A DNA stretch of 64,000 bases from Hyphomicrobiales bacterium (GCA_031385245.1 JANNBH010000028.1:26540-90539); one strand, 5' to 3'. Counted from the first letter of the stretch, positions 19,205-28,414 are shown. Numbers and translations are program-made. Notes: generated by a model not told the origin, from the letters alone.

Positions 19205-20599
19205 ATGCGTGCTGGGCGATCCGAAGCTGAACCACTGTTGTTTGATGGCCGCATTATAGCTGTGGCTGCTAAAATCTATTCCGGCGAGCAAACGGAGGAC
19301 ACAGAGTTTAGACGAGCAGCGCAGGAATTCCTCACTTCATTAGATTATGATGACATACGTGATGGCACAAATGAGCACACGAGGTCTAACCGACAAACAA
19401 ATCGAAGTCGTCTGCTTACATTTGCATCCACTCATCTTGAACTATTTCAAATGTATTCCCGTTTCGCACCAGAAATGGTGTTCATCGGGGCCTTGCAATC
19501 TGAGAACTCGACTATTGGCAAGGGGAGTGCAATTCCTGGCGCAAGTTTTTCGGGAGCTGGCGAAAGCTTCCAGTCTTCGTTTGAACGCACTGTTGGCGAG
19601 TCAATTGAGTATCTTTCTCAATTCCAAGAGGATCAAAGTCAGACCTTGATTGGAAACCTAAGTGATTGCTTCGATGGCTTTAGTCTGAAGCAGCGCAATC
19701 AAATGATAGAGTGGTTCAATTCCGCAGATGGTGCCCACCCTCATGGTTTGAAATTGACCTATTTAACTGAGTTAACAACTCAGCACGAGATTCTTGCTCC
19801 AGCTGCATTGGTCTTTAGAGGCGTAGGACAATCGCAAACCCAACTCGACAACTATGCACTCAGCACTGGATGTGCCGCTGGGGAAACTTTGCCACAAGCA
19901 ATTGCAACAGGATTGTTTGAAGTCATAGAAAGGGATGCTGCCGCTCTCTGGTGGCAGGGAGGTAGGGCAAGTAGAAGAATAGAATTTGAGTATTTGAAAG
20001 ACTTAGGTGTGATTCAACGTCTCGAAAAAATGAGAGCGGGCGAGATACACCGCACAACCCAATTCATCGACATTAGCACAGAATTTGAAATTCCCGTCGT
20101 CGCGGCCATTTCCTATGATCGCAACGGCTTTGGATTCGCGGCAGGGATAAGTTGTAATTCGAACTTAACTACGGCTTGCATATCGGCTTTGAATGAGTTG
20201 TTTCAAATGGAACTCGGTTTGATATGGCTTGAAAGCAAGTGCAACGAACTTGGCGCAGCAGCGCTTGATCCGAAAGAACAAAGTAAAATGCAACGAAGCA
20301 GGCAATTGAATTGCTTGAAGGAACCATTGTTTTCGAACACAATTCAAAATCAGCCCAACCAAATAAAAGAGCCTAGTAAAGGTATCAGTCTTCCATTCCT
20401 TCTTGAGCGCCTAGGGAAGTTTGGCCACCAGATCATCGCAAGAGACCTAACCCGGGCTGTCGTTGGTATTCCAGCCACTCGTGTGATAGTGACGGGACTT
20501 CAACCATATCCAAGTAAATATGTATCACCGCGCCTTTCGGATTCACGTCAATTTGGAATGAGAGATATTCCGGCGACACGCGGATTGGAGCTCTATTAA
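19205..20599 (+). CDS. YcaO-like protein
   Basis: SGAG..GESIEY, STGCAAG, EVIERDA, ALNELFQME, GIPATRVIVTGLQ motifs. Confidence 0.88.
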   Translation: MRAGRSEAEPLLFDGRIIAVAAKIYSGEQTEDTEFRRAAQEFLTSLDYDDIRDGTNEHTRSNRQTNRSRLLTFASTHLELFQMYSRFAPEMVFIGALQSENSTIGKGSAIPGASFSGAGESFQSSFERTVGESIEYLSQFQEDQSQTLIGNLSDCFDGFSLKQRNQMIEWFNSADGAHPHGLKLTYLTELTTQHEILAPAALVFRGVGQSQTQLDNYALSTGCAAGETLPQAIATGLFEVIERDAAALWWQGGRASRRIEFEYLKDLGVIQRLEKMRAGEIHRTTQFIDISTEFEIPVVAAISYDRNGFGFAAGISCNSNLTTACISALNELFQMELGLIWLESKCNELGAAALDPKEQSKMQRSRQLNCLKEPLFSNTIQNQPNQIKEPSKGISLPFLLERLGKFGHQIIARDLTRAVVGIPATRVIVTGLQPYPSKYVSPRLSDSRQFGMRDIPATRGLELY

Positions 20600-20605
20600 T
20601 TTCAA

Positions 20606-22726
20606 ATGACACAGAGTTCTCCAAAAGCCACAATACAGGACAGAAGCGATCAAACTGGAGAGCTATCGAGCAACAGACCCTATTCGCTTACCTGTTTTGG
20701 CAAAGCTGCCCTTTACTGCGATGGCATTGAAGTGAACTTGGCAAGCCGTAAAACTTTGGCTTTGCTCAGTTACCTTACAACTCGCGATCAAGGCACCGAA
20801 AGTCGCGAACGCCTATCAGGTCTTCTGTGGGGGGACTCTTCGGAAGAAAGAGCCAGAGCATCGCTACGCCAAGCAATTAGCGAACTAAAGCAGAAACTTC
20901 CTGCAAATCTAATCGCTCTTGTCCATGCAGATCGCCTCGACATAGAGTTGAATCTGAATCAACTTGCCTGCGACACAAACAATATCTTTGCTAGCATTTC
21001 TGACGGTATTGTCCATTCTTCGCTATTGCAATCAAAGCGATTGGCAGATTCTTTTCTCATGGGTTTTGAAGACTTAGACCCAGGGTTCGGGAATTGGCTC
21101 TCAATTTTTAGGCAATCGCTACACGATAGATTGATAAGATCGCTTGAGAGATTACTACAAGTAAAAGAATTACCCGAATCTCAAAGAGATATCGGAGTTG
21201 CCCTATTAAACCTAGATCCAACCCATGAACCAGCTTGCAGAGCTGCGATGCGCGCCATGGTCAATCTTGGCAACATTCCAGCAGCTTTGCGGTTCTATAA
21301 CGATCTCTGGACCACACTAGACGAAGAATTCGATTCTGAACCCGCGATCGAAACGCAACAGCTTGTTGCCGAGATAAAACTCTCTTCAGGCTCCACCGAA
21401 CTTAAGCTCAAATCCATTAGTGGCAGTTCTCTGCAAAATCACATGGACAATTACCCACTTGCCTCCTTGGAAAGTATGGAGCTCGTGCAAAGCGCGATCA
21501 AAAATGGTGAGGTCGCAAAGCTAATCATATATGTTGCAGAATTTGACGCTTCCGGTGTCAGTCAGTCTTCGAAGCCAGTAGTCAAAATCTTTAGACAAGA
21601 AATTATTGCATCTCTTACGCGGTTTAGAGATTGGCGAGTCTATGACCAATTACAAACAAACCAATCCTCTCCCAAGGTTGGATTTATTGTAGATACGCTT
21701 GTCTATGATGATAAAAAAACAATGCGGTTTGTTCTCAATCTGAGGGAATTGGCGACCGGACAAAATCTGTGGAGCGAAAGGTTTGCGTTAGAACCGCATC
21801 ATTGGTTTCAAACTCAGCAAAAGATGATTAGGAGGATCGCGGTTGCGTTGGATGTCAACATGACAGCCGAACGGCTTAGTCGGGTTTCAAACTTACCCGA
21901 TCTCTCGCTTGATCTTTTTGATCGATGGTTGCGTGGTCAACAATTTATTTTCCGATGGCAGATGGATGACGAAGAAAAGGCTGAAAAACTGTTTCGATCA
22001 ATTGTCATAGAAGCACCACACTTTGCGCCCGCACATTCTGGTCTTGCAGGAATTTTGAACTCTAGGCATCTCATTTTCCCAGGAAAATTTCGGGATCAAA
22101 CATCGCAACAAGAAGCCCTAGAATTCTCTCTCAAAGCTGTGGCACTTGATCCATTAGATTCGAGAACACAGCTTCACTTGGCATGGTCTTGGGCTTTAAA
22201 TGCCGAATTTCAAAAGGCGACCATGAATTTTCTCTTAGCTTTTGAGTTAAACGGCGAAGATCCTTGGACATTGGTGTCTGCGGCTGAAGGACTGGCTTTG
22301 TGTGGTGATACCCGCAGTGCTTCAAGATTGGAAAAGTTAGCGGGTGAAATTGGTTTTGATTATTCCGATCTTCATTTGAGCTATCAGACAACGATTGCAT
22401 TCATTCTTGGAAACTATGCCGACTGTGTCAATGCGGCTGAGAAATGTGATTTACTTTTGAATTGTGCAGGTGCGTGGCGTACGGCTGCCTTGGCTCTTTT
22501 GGGGCGAACAAGCGATGCCGAAAAAATAGCCGCGGAACTCTGCCAACTCATTCGCCAAAATTGGCACTCGCAACAAGAGCCAACCGATGGGGAGATCACC
22601 CGTTGGCTCTTGCAGTGTTTCCCAATCGCCGATCCTGCAATATTTCAAAGACTAATTGGTGGCCTAAAACTTGCAGGCTTGAACCTTGGAAAATTGGAAT
22701 TTCAGAGTCGAACTGACAAATTCTAG
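20606..22726 (+). CDS. SARP-type regulator (wHTH-BTAD) fused to TolB-like and TPR domains
   Basis: ALLSYL..SRERL..LLW....ARASLRQA; LDPTHEPACRAAM..EP..ET; LWSERF; TPR-like C-terminus. Confidence 0.85.
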   Translation: MTQSSPKATIQDRSDQTGELSSNRPYSLTCFGKAALYCDGIEVNLASRKTLALLSYLTTRDQGTESRERLSGLLWGDSSEERARASLRQAISELKQKLPANLIALVHADRLDIELNLNQLACDTNNIFASISDGIVHSSLLQSKRLADSFLMGFEDLDPGFGNWLSIFRQSLHDRLIRSLERLLQVKELPESQRDIGVALLNLDPTHEPACRAAMRAMVNLGNIPAALRFYNDLWTTLDEEFDSEPAIETQQLVAEIKLSSGSTELKLKSISGSSLQNHMDNYPLASLESMELVQSAIKNGEVAKLIIYVAEFDASGVSQSSKPVVKIFRQEIIASLTRFRDWRVYDQLQTNQSSPKVGFIVDTLVYDDKKTMRFVLNLRELATGQNLWSERFALEPHHWFQTQQKMIRRIAVALDVNMTAERLSRVSNLPDLSLDLFDRWLRGQQFIFRWQMDDEEKAEKLFRSIVIEAPHFAPAHSGLAGILNSRHLIFPGKFRDQTSQQEALEFSLKAVALDPLDSRTQLHLAWSWALNAEFQKATMNFLLAFELNGEDPWTLVSAAEGLALCGDTRSASRLEKLAGEIGFDYSDLHLSYQTTIAFILGNYADCVNAAEKCDLLLNCAGAWRTAALALLGRTSDAEKIAAELCQLIRQNWHSQQEPTDGEITRWLLQCFPIADPAIFQRLIGGLKLAGLNLGKLEFQSRTDKF

Positions 22727-22727
22727 T

Positions 22728-23159
22728 TTAGCGACAACCGCAAATCGTATAATCACCAATGCGAGAACGGAAAAACGTCTTCATGTCGAAACTGCCGTCA
22801 ATCAATGAATAGTAAAAATGCGGGGCTTTGTAGGCACTCGGATTCTTGTTATTACCGTTATTGATTTCTTCATCAATGCCCAGCTCCGATTGTTTTGCCT
22901 GTTCCTTTGGCGGCAATCGCAATATAAAAGTCTCACTGTCACCTTGGATCACAATCACTCTTTTTATCCGGTCAGGAATTTGGATTTGCTGGTCATTGAG
23001 TCGTACCTTCAGAGCGGCCAGATTTGTCTCTCCATCTTTCTCAGACTGCGACAAACCCAGCATTTTAAACTCGCTTGGGTCTTCAGCCCATTTAAGGATT
23101 TGCTCACCAACAGCGTCATACTGTATCGGAACCATCGGTAATATTTTTGGACTCTTCAT
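22728..23159 (-). CDS. 143-aa protein with NHLP-like segment; candidate RiPP precursor
   Basis: AAGGAGG RBS; IPDRIKRVIVIQGDSETFILRLPPK resembles nitrile-hydratase-like leader; C-terminus RIGDYTICGCR. Confidence 0.6.
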   Translation of the reverse strand: MKSPKILPMVPIQYDAVGEQILKWAEDPSEFKMLGLSQSEKDGETNLAALKVRLNDQQIQIPDRIKRVIVIQGDSETFILRLPPKEQAKQSELGIDEEINNGNNKNPSAYKAPHFYYSLIDGSFDMKTFFRSRIGDYTICGCR

Positions 23160-23193
23160 TTTATTCCTCCTTGGTTTGAGCTTGAAATTCAAA

Positions 23194-24885
23194 TTAAAGA
23201 AATCTTGGCCTGCGATCATCGAGATCATAGCTCTTAGATACAAACTCAATTAAATCAGGCATAGATTGGGGCATCTTGCTCTCAAAAACGATGTCGTCCA
23301 ACGACTGCCCCTCGGCACTGTACTTTGGGGGCGCGTATTTTTGATCAATTCGTGCAAGCAAAACATCGCCGAAGATCAACGATCCTAATGTACCCAATCT
23401 CTTTCCGTCTTCTTGCTCCATTGCTTCAAACAGAATCCAAAATAGTAGGGGTGGGTCTTTAACCAAACTATCAAGTTCTCGTGGAGAAAATTCATCAAAA
23501 TCTTTTTCCAGCCAAACCAAAAGGCGATCTTCCCAGTCTCCATTTTTTGAAAGAAGTGAACTCTTCTGTTGAAGTTTATTAGGAACAAGCTCTCTCAAAA
23601 CACTTAGCTTCAACATACCTTCCATCGTTCCTCTTATGAGGTCTCTCAACAGAAGACCGCCGGGGAAAGATCCTTTTTGAGGCGTATATTTTCCAAAGTC
23701 TAAGTTTCGAAAGAGCGTCTCATCCATGAGAATACGGTTATATCCAGGGCCGATGCGACGAGATAACAGCGGCTTGTTGCCATCGATTTCAAAAAATTGC
23801 GACCATTGCGCCACCCAACTTTGCTCCAATGGAAATGCTTGAGGCATAGAATTGGAGTTGGTTGCTAATGCAACCCTCAATTCTTGCATGCTATGAAATC
23901 GATTGAATTGATAAGCTTCGCGAATCATAGCATGACCGACACGACAACAAGCGTGCGAAAACTCCATCGGTATCTCATCAATATTTTTATCGGCAAGTGG
24001 TTTGAAATTACTGGCTTCATATTCGGCATAGACGTCCGCATTCAACATGCGCTTCAGCGCGTCTCGCTTGAGAATATTCCAATAGACTTTCGTTAAAATG
24101 TAACGAGTTGCCTCAAATAAATTAATGGCACTTGGTACATTTCCATTTGTAAACTTCAGTCCGGTAGCAGCTTTCAATTTTTCTAGAATGGCATTGTGAG
24201 CAAGGTGGAATAAAACTACCAATTGCGAGATCATTGGCGTGTCATCATTGCGTTCGTCGGCAACCAAAACATCCAACATCCACTTATTTGTCGGTTCTTT
24301 AAGTTCAGTCTGAGCCGAGCGTGGTAGATCCCTTTGCAAGTAGGGGCAGCCAATGGTGTCTTCAACGGCGTCATAGCGTGGTTTTGGATCGACCTTGCCC
24401 ACGCGTAAGTGTGATCGAAACTCTCCGACACTAGATTCCGCTTCGTAAACCGATTTATCGGTCTGCGGGCCTCCACCATAAAGTGTATCCAGTAAAAGTC
24501 CCCGCCTTCTGGCGTTGAAATTTTTTTGAATCGGTTCATCCATCACCCCAGGGAGTGATGTATTCTTGGTGAGATCATGGGCAACAAGTTGAAACAAATA
24601 TGTATAGCCTGCCGGAATGTTGGGGTTCCCGTAGAATGTACTCGAAGAGTCAGCACCATCCTTAAATTTTTGCAACTTGACTAAGCGCCGGAGGAGCTTC
24701 TCAAAGAGAATCTCATTGTCACGCGCAAAACCTAGACCCACATAAAGGTCATCAGGCTTTACCTTCCCATTACCAATAAAATGACGATATCCGGGCAGAC
24801 CAATATTTTTCTGCTCTCTCAAGATAAATATCTGAGCAAGATCGTCACTGAGACTTATCGGGAAATCAAAACCATGAGTCGACAT
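23194..24885 (-). CDS. Bacterial animal-type heme peroxidase (peroxidase-cyclooxygenase superfamily)
   Basis: IPAGYTYLFQLVAHDL (distal), LDTLYG.GP, DERND, F..AHN, EFS....R.GHAMIR (proximal His), PLLFWIL.EA, LG.LGS.I. Confidence 0.85.
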   Translation of the reverse strand: MSTHGFDFPISLSDDLAQIFILREQKNIGLPGYRHFIGNGKVKPDDLYVGLGFARDNEILFEKLLRRLVKLQKFKDGADSSSTFYGNPNIPAGYTYLFQLVAHDLTKNTSLPGVMDEPIQKNFNARRRGLLLDTLYGGGPQTDKSVYEAESSVGEFRSHLRVGKVDPKPRYDAVEDTIGCPYLQRDLPRSAQTELKEPTNKWMLDVLVADERNDDTPMISQLVVLFHLAHNAILEKLKAATGLKFTNGNVPSAINLFEATRYILTKVYWNILKRDALKRMLNADVYAEYEASNFKPLADKNIDEIPMEFSHACCRVGHAMIREAYQFNRFHSMQELRVALATNSNSMPQAFPLEQSWVAQWSQFFEIDGNKPLLSRRIGPGYNRILMDETLFRNLDFGKYTPQKGSFPGGLLLRDLIRGTMEGMLKLSVLRELVPNKLQQKSSLLSKNGDWEDRLLVWLEKDFDEFSPRELDSLVKDPPLLFWILFEAMEQEDGKRLGTLGSLIFGDVLLARIDQKYAPPKYSAEGQSLDDIVFESKMPQSMPDLIEFVSKSYDLDDRRPRFL

Positions 24886-24924
24886 TTTCGCAATCCCTCT
24901 TCTGCTTCCTCATAATTGAGTCAA

Positions 24925-24987
24925 CGTCAACTCACCGTCAAGTGCTTCCTTAACTCAGCTTCTGAGTGAATTGACGATGAAATGACG
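24925..24987. promoter_or_regulatory. Two opposed pairs of 11-bp-spaced TGACG repeats between divergent genes
   Basis: CGTCAA at 24925 and 24936; TTGACG at 24971 and ATGACG at 24982. Confidence 0.55.
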
Positions 24988-25037
24988 AGACATAAATAAG
25001 CACTCTCCACGCTAACCAAAATAATCAGGAGGACGCT

Positions 25038-26450
25038 ATGAAAGTTAATCCAATTCTAAAGATGCTCACGTCTTTGAGTCTCGGAATTTGCGCTACTGTT
25101 GCAAACGCTAGCGATGCCGTAACAGCGGGTGGTCTAGGTGACATAACTATATTGTCAGTTGATATTGGCCACTTTAATAGCGGCAATAAAATTATACATG
25201 TTTACGAAAATAGTCGAAATCTAGCACAATACTCATCGAATCCAGAAAAATGGATTTTCATGGTCGAACCCCTTTTGACCCCACAAACACAGGATGCAGG
25301 AATTAAGTTCGAAACGAGTGATGTGCTCGATCCAATCTATCGCAAAAACGGCAAGAAAACAGTGGTTCTAAAAAGGCATCGAGTGCATGTGCCCCTAGAT
25401 ATGTTGACCGAAGATGCTGTGAATAAGGCAATTGAAGTGATCAACGCAAGATATCCAGAAGCGCGTTGCAAAATTGGCCCATTAAACATTGATGTTCTTC
25501 CGGTCATTTCGATGAAGATTTCTTCGCCAGATATTCAAGTGCAAGGTGGTCGTTTTTACGTAAACAGCAAAATTGCAACACGTGAATTGAACTATTTAAC
25601 ATCACCTAGTCAGATGGCTGTCCAATTTGATATCGCTGAACGGAGCGAAAACTCTGACACCGAACTCAAAAATTTCGTCGCATTCATGCCATTCCTAAAT
25701 TTGGAAGCGGAATTGGGATTCAGCGTAAAGAGCACACTTTTTAATATCGCCTCGGCAATATCGGAAAAAATCAAAGACACCGATCTCTATGTAAAATTGA
25801 ATGGCGGTGGTTCAGAGACATATGTAGCAAGAGACGATCTACGGAGGTTGACCCAAACTGCAGCCAGCCAACTGAAGGTCATTCAGATCATTGAAGATAA
25901 TGAAAGTTTTGACGAGTTACTCTTTAAAGGTCTTATTGAATCTTCTCAAATTGTTTCAGCAAATGAAGAATTCTTCAACACTGAACAAGGCAAGCAAACC
26001 TATGACGCTGAAGACTTGCGGCCTTCGGTCATCAACAGCAAGATCAGCAAACAGTTTGATTATGATCAGGGCAAAGATGAGTGGAGCCTGAGTACCAGTG
26101 CATCTGGTGGTGGCGATTTTCTCGGATTGATTAGTGCGGACTTTAGTGGATCACTTTCTACCTCAAAAATGAAAGAATGGCTCAAGCAACATTCTCTCGA
26201 GACGGAAATTACTGGCAACATAATCGTAGTGAAATCCATCGATTTACAACGAGTAAACCTGTCCAAATTCCTAGAGAAACGTAACTTCGGAATCGAGTAT
26301 CGTAATATCGAAAAGGGTTCGCCAAAACTTGGGCTAAAAACAGAAATAAGATTACGGCCAGTGAACAATGTGCAAACTAAGAGTTATGAAACTGTCATGC
26401 TGGAAAGCGGTTGCACAGCTGGCACTTCCACAATGTTAAACGTCAGATAA
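25038..26450 (+). CDS. Secreted hypothetical protein
   Basis: GGAGG RBS, Sec signal peptide ending ANA-S, 470-aa ORF. Confidence 0.75.
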   Translation: MKVNPILKMLTSLSLGICATVANASDAVTAGGLGDITILSVDIGHFNSGNKIIHVYENSRNLAQYSSNPEKWIFMVEPLLTPQTQDAGIKFETSDVLDPIYRKNGKKTVVLKRHRVHVPLDMLTEDAVNKAIEVINARYPEARCKIGPLNIDVLPVISMKISSPDIQVQGGRFYVNSKIATRELNYLTSPSQMAVQFDIAERSENSDTELKNFVAFMPFLNLEAELGFSVKSTLFNIASAISEKIKDTDLYVKLNGGGSETYVARDDLRRLTQTAASQLKVIQIIEDNESFDELLFKGLIESSQIVSANEEFFNTEQGKQTYDAEDLRPSVINSKISKQFDYDQGKDEWSLSTSASGGGDFLGLISADFSGSLSTSKMKEWLKQHSLETEITGNIIVVKSIDLQRVNLSKFLEKRNFGIEYRNIEKGSPKLGLKTEIRLRPVNNVQTKSYETVMLESGCTAGTSTMLNVR

Positions 26451-26464
26451 TCATGGAGGACAAA

Positions 26465-26683
26465 ATGGTTCAAAAAATGAGCACTGAAATAAATTCGGCT
26501 TTGGCATTAGAAAAAGGTAAGAAACCTAAAAAGCCAACTGGGGCTTGCACCATAACTATCTACGGGATGGATGATACTTGTACCACAGGTATTAGCTTTG
26601 ACTCTTGCGCCGCCATTGCTGCTAAATTTGGGGGTGTATCTTCTTGGGTTGAAGGCGGAAAGTGTCCAGAAAAAAAGCCGTAA
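26465..26683 (+). CDS. Small four-Cys protein
   Basis: GGAGGA RBS before ATG 26465; GAC-x10-C-x8-C...GG...W..G..C. Confidence 0.65.
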   Translation: MVQKMSTEINSALALEKGKKPKKPTGACTITIYGMDDTCTTGISFDSCAAIAAKFGGVSSWVEGGKCPEKKP

Positions 26684-26700
26684 TGTGAAGGCAGTTTATC

Positions 26701-26745
26701 AAATCCACCGCCGTTCGATTTCAATTAAGGGCTGCGGTGGATTTT
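26701..26745. terminator. Hairpin between convergent genes
   Basis: AAATCCACCGC / GCGGTGGATTT inverted repeat. Confidence 0.55.
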
Positions 26746-26784
26746 CGTGTTGTACATATATCGCGTCAGAGAAGAAATTAAACT

Positions 26785-28032
26785 CTATTTTAGCCTTTGT
26801 CTTGCGTGCCGACTTCGCGTGTGGTTCAAAACTGCGCCCAGACGTCCCTCAAACTCCGACTGTGGAAGCAGCATATCGAGCTGCACCGCCTCGGTCGGCG
26901 AACCGTCGTCGATGCGCTTTACACGAGCCCTGAAGTTGGGAAGATTGATTAGGGTGTCTTCGGAAATGCCCAGTTCTTTCGATAGGATCGGTGCGTCGAA
27001 GGCTCCGATTCGGAAGGCGATTAGGGTGCCGACATTGCCGATGATAGCGTAACGCAAGAGTTCGGGTACCTGCCCTAGAAATTGATTGGCCGTCACCAGC
27101 GATAAACGATATTTGCGGCTTTCGGAAAGCACTGTGGCAAAACTTGTTGTTGCGTAATTCTGAAACTCATCAACATACATTGTAAAATCGCGACGTTGCT
27201 CTTCGGGTAATTCAACTCTCGCTTCGGCGGCTTGGGCGAAGGCAGTGACGAGAAGGGAACCGAGTAGATGTGATGGCTCCTCGCCCATGCGTTTGGACAG
27301 GTTGCAAATCAGCACCCTGCCCTCATTCATAATTTTAGCAATGTCGATGGTGCTGCGCCCGCCTACAATATCACGCAGGATTGGATTGTTGGCGAACTGG
27401 CCAACTTTGTTTTGGATCGGCGCAATGGCTTCGGCGCGGAATCTATCTGAATAGCCAGCAAACTCCTTCACCCAATAATGCTTGATATGCGGATCATTAC
27501 ATCGACGCAGCAGTTCGGCGCGAAAGCGATCATCACTCAGCAGACGCGGAATATCGACCAGCGATGATCCGGGGTTTTCCAGCAGCAGGCGAATGGCGTT
27601 GGTGAGAATGTAATCAAGTCTCGGCCCCCAACTATCTGACCAAATATTGCGGAACACCTCAACGATCCGCGCCGCCAATGTGCCGCGATGCAGTGGCGGA
27701 ACGGCAATCAACGGATTGAACCGCACGACATGGCTATCAAGCGGATCAAAATAAATCACATCAGACCTTCGGTAGGGTGGCGCACTGTCAGCAAGCTTGA
27801 TCGCCGTGTCGCCATGCGGATCGATAAACAGAAAACCAGCACCCGCCACCAGATCGGCATGAGCGAGATTGAACAGCAGGGAAGACTTACCAGTGCCGGA
27901 TTTTCCGGTGATGTAAATGTGGTTGCGACGTTCGGCCAGCGACAAAGGCAACAGCGACCCATGCTGCGTGAGGCCAAGATTATATGCGCGCTCGTGCATG
28001 GGCTGGCCGCCGCGCCGTGTTGCTGTCGTCAT
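26785..28032 (-). CDS. Second coupling-protein-like (TraG/VirD4, DUF87-type) ATPase
   Basis: HIYITGKSGTGKS, FIDPHGD, SWGPRL, YVDEFQN, SESRKY, GNVGT. Confidence 0.82.
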   Translation of the reverse strand: MTTATRRGGQPMHERAYNLGLTQHGSLLPLSLAERRNHIYITGKSGTGKSSLLFNLAHADLVAGAGFLFIDPHGDTAIKLADSAPPYRRSDVIYFDPLDSHVVRFNPLIAVPPLHRGTLAARIVEVFRNIWSDSWGPRLDYILTNAIRLLLENPGSSLVDIPRLLSDDRFRAELLRRCNDPHIKHYWVKEFAGYSDRFRAEAIAPIQNKVGQFANNPILRDIVGGRSTIDIAKIMNEGRVLICNLSKRMGEEPSHLLGSLLVTAFAQAAEARVELPEEQRRDFTMYVDEFQNYATTSFATVLSESRKYRLSLVTANQFLGQVPELLRYAIIGNVGTLIAFRIGAFDAPILSKELGISEDTLINLPNFRARVKRIDDGSPTEAVQLDMLLPQSEFEGRLGAVLNHTRSRHARQRLK

Positions 28033-28130
28033 TGCCTAACGCGCAACCGGTGGGGGTGGCCAGCCGATGAAAGAGCGTCCTCATTCATTGTACAGTGTAG
28101 AACTGTTGTGGTGGAACAGTATCAGCAGGG

Positions 28131-28326
28131 ACTGTCCGCCCACTGTCGTCGGTGCCAAAGGCACGACCCAAGCCGAAAGCCGCAGCGGAGGGCCTTGCCT
28201 GTTCCTTTTTTCAAAAGGACAGGCAGGCCCGCAAGCGAAGTGCCGCACGTTCTATGTCCGATAGGCATAGAATTGCGGGTTGGGTCGTGCCTTCTGTGAA
28301 GGCCGACGACAGTGTGGCGGTGCAGT
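28131..28326 (+). other. Branched inverted-repeat structure (candidate ncRNA or single-strand origin)
   Basis: 12-bp stem 28141-52/28303-14, 14-bp stem 28158-71/28280-93, two inner hairpins 28190-28230 and 28243-28278. Confidence 0.6.
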
Positions 28327-28414
28327 ATTTGCGCGGGTTTTCCCGCGTTGTGTGTAAGGTACAGGTGGGGGATACAGGGTATGGGGGCTTGTAGGGGTGG
28401 GGTGTGTAGCTGGG

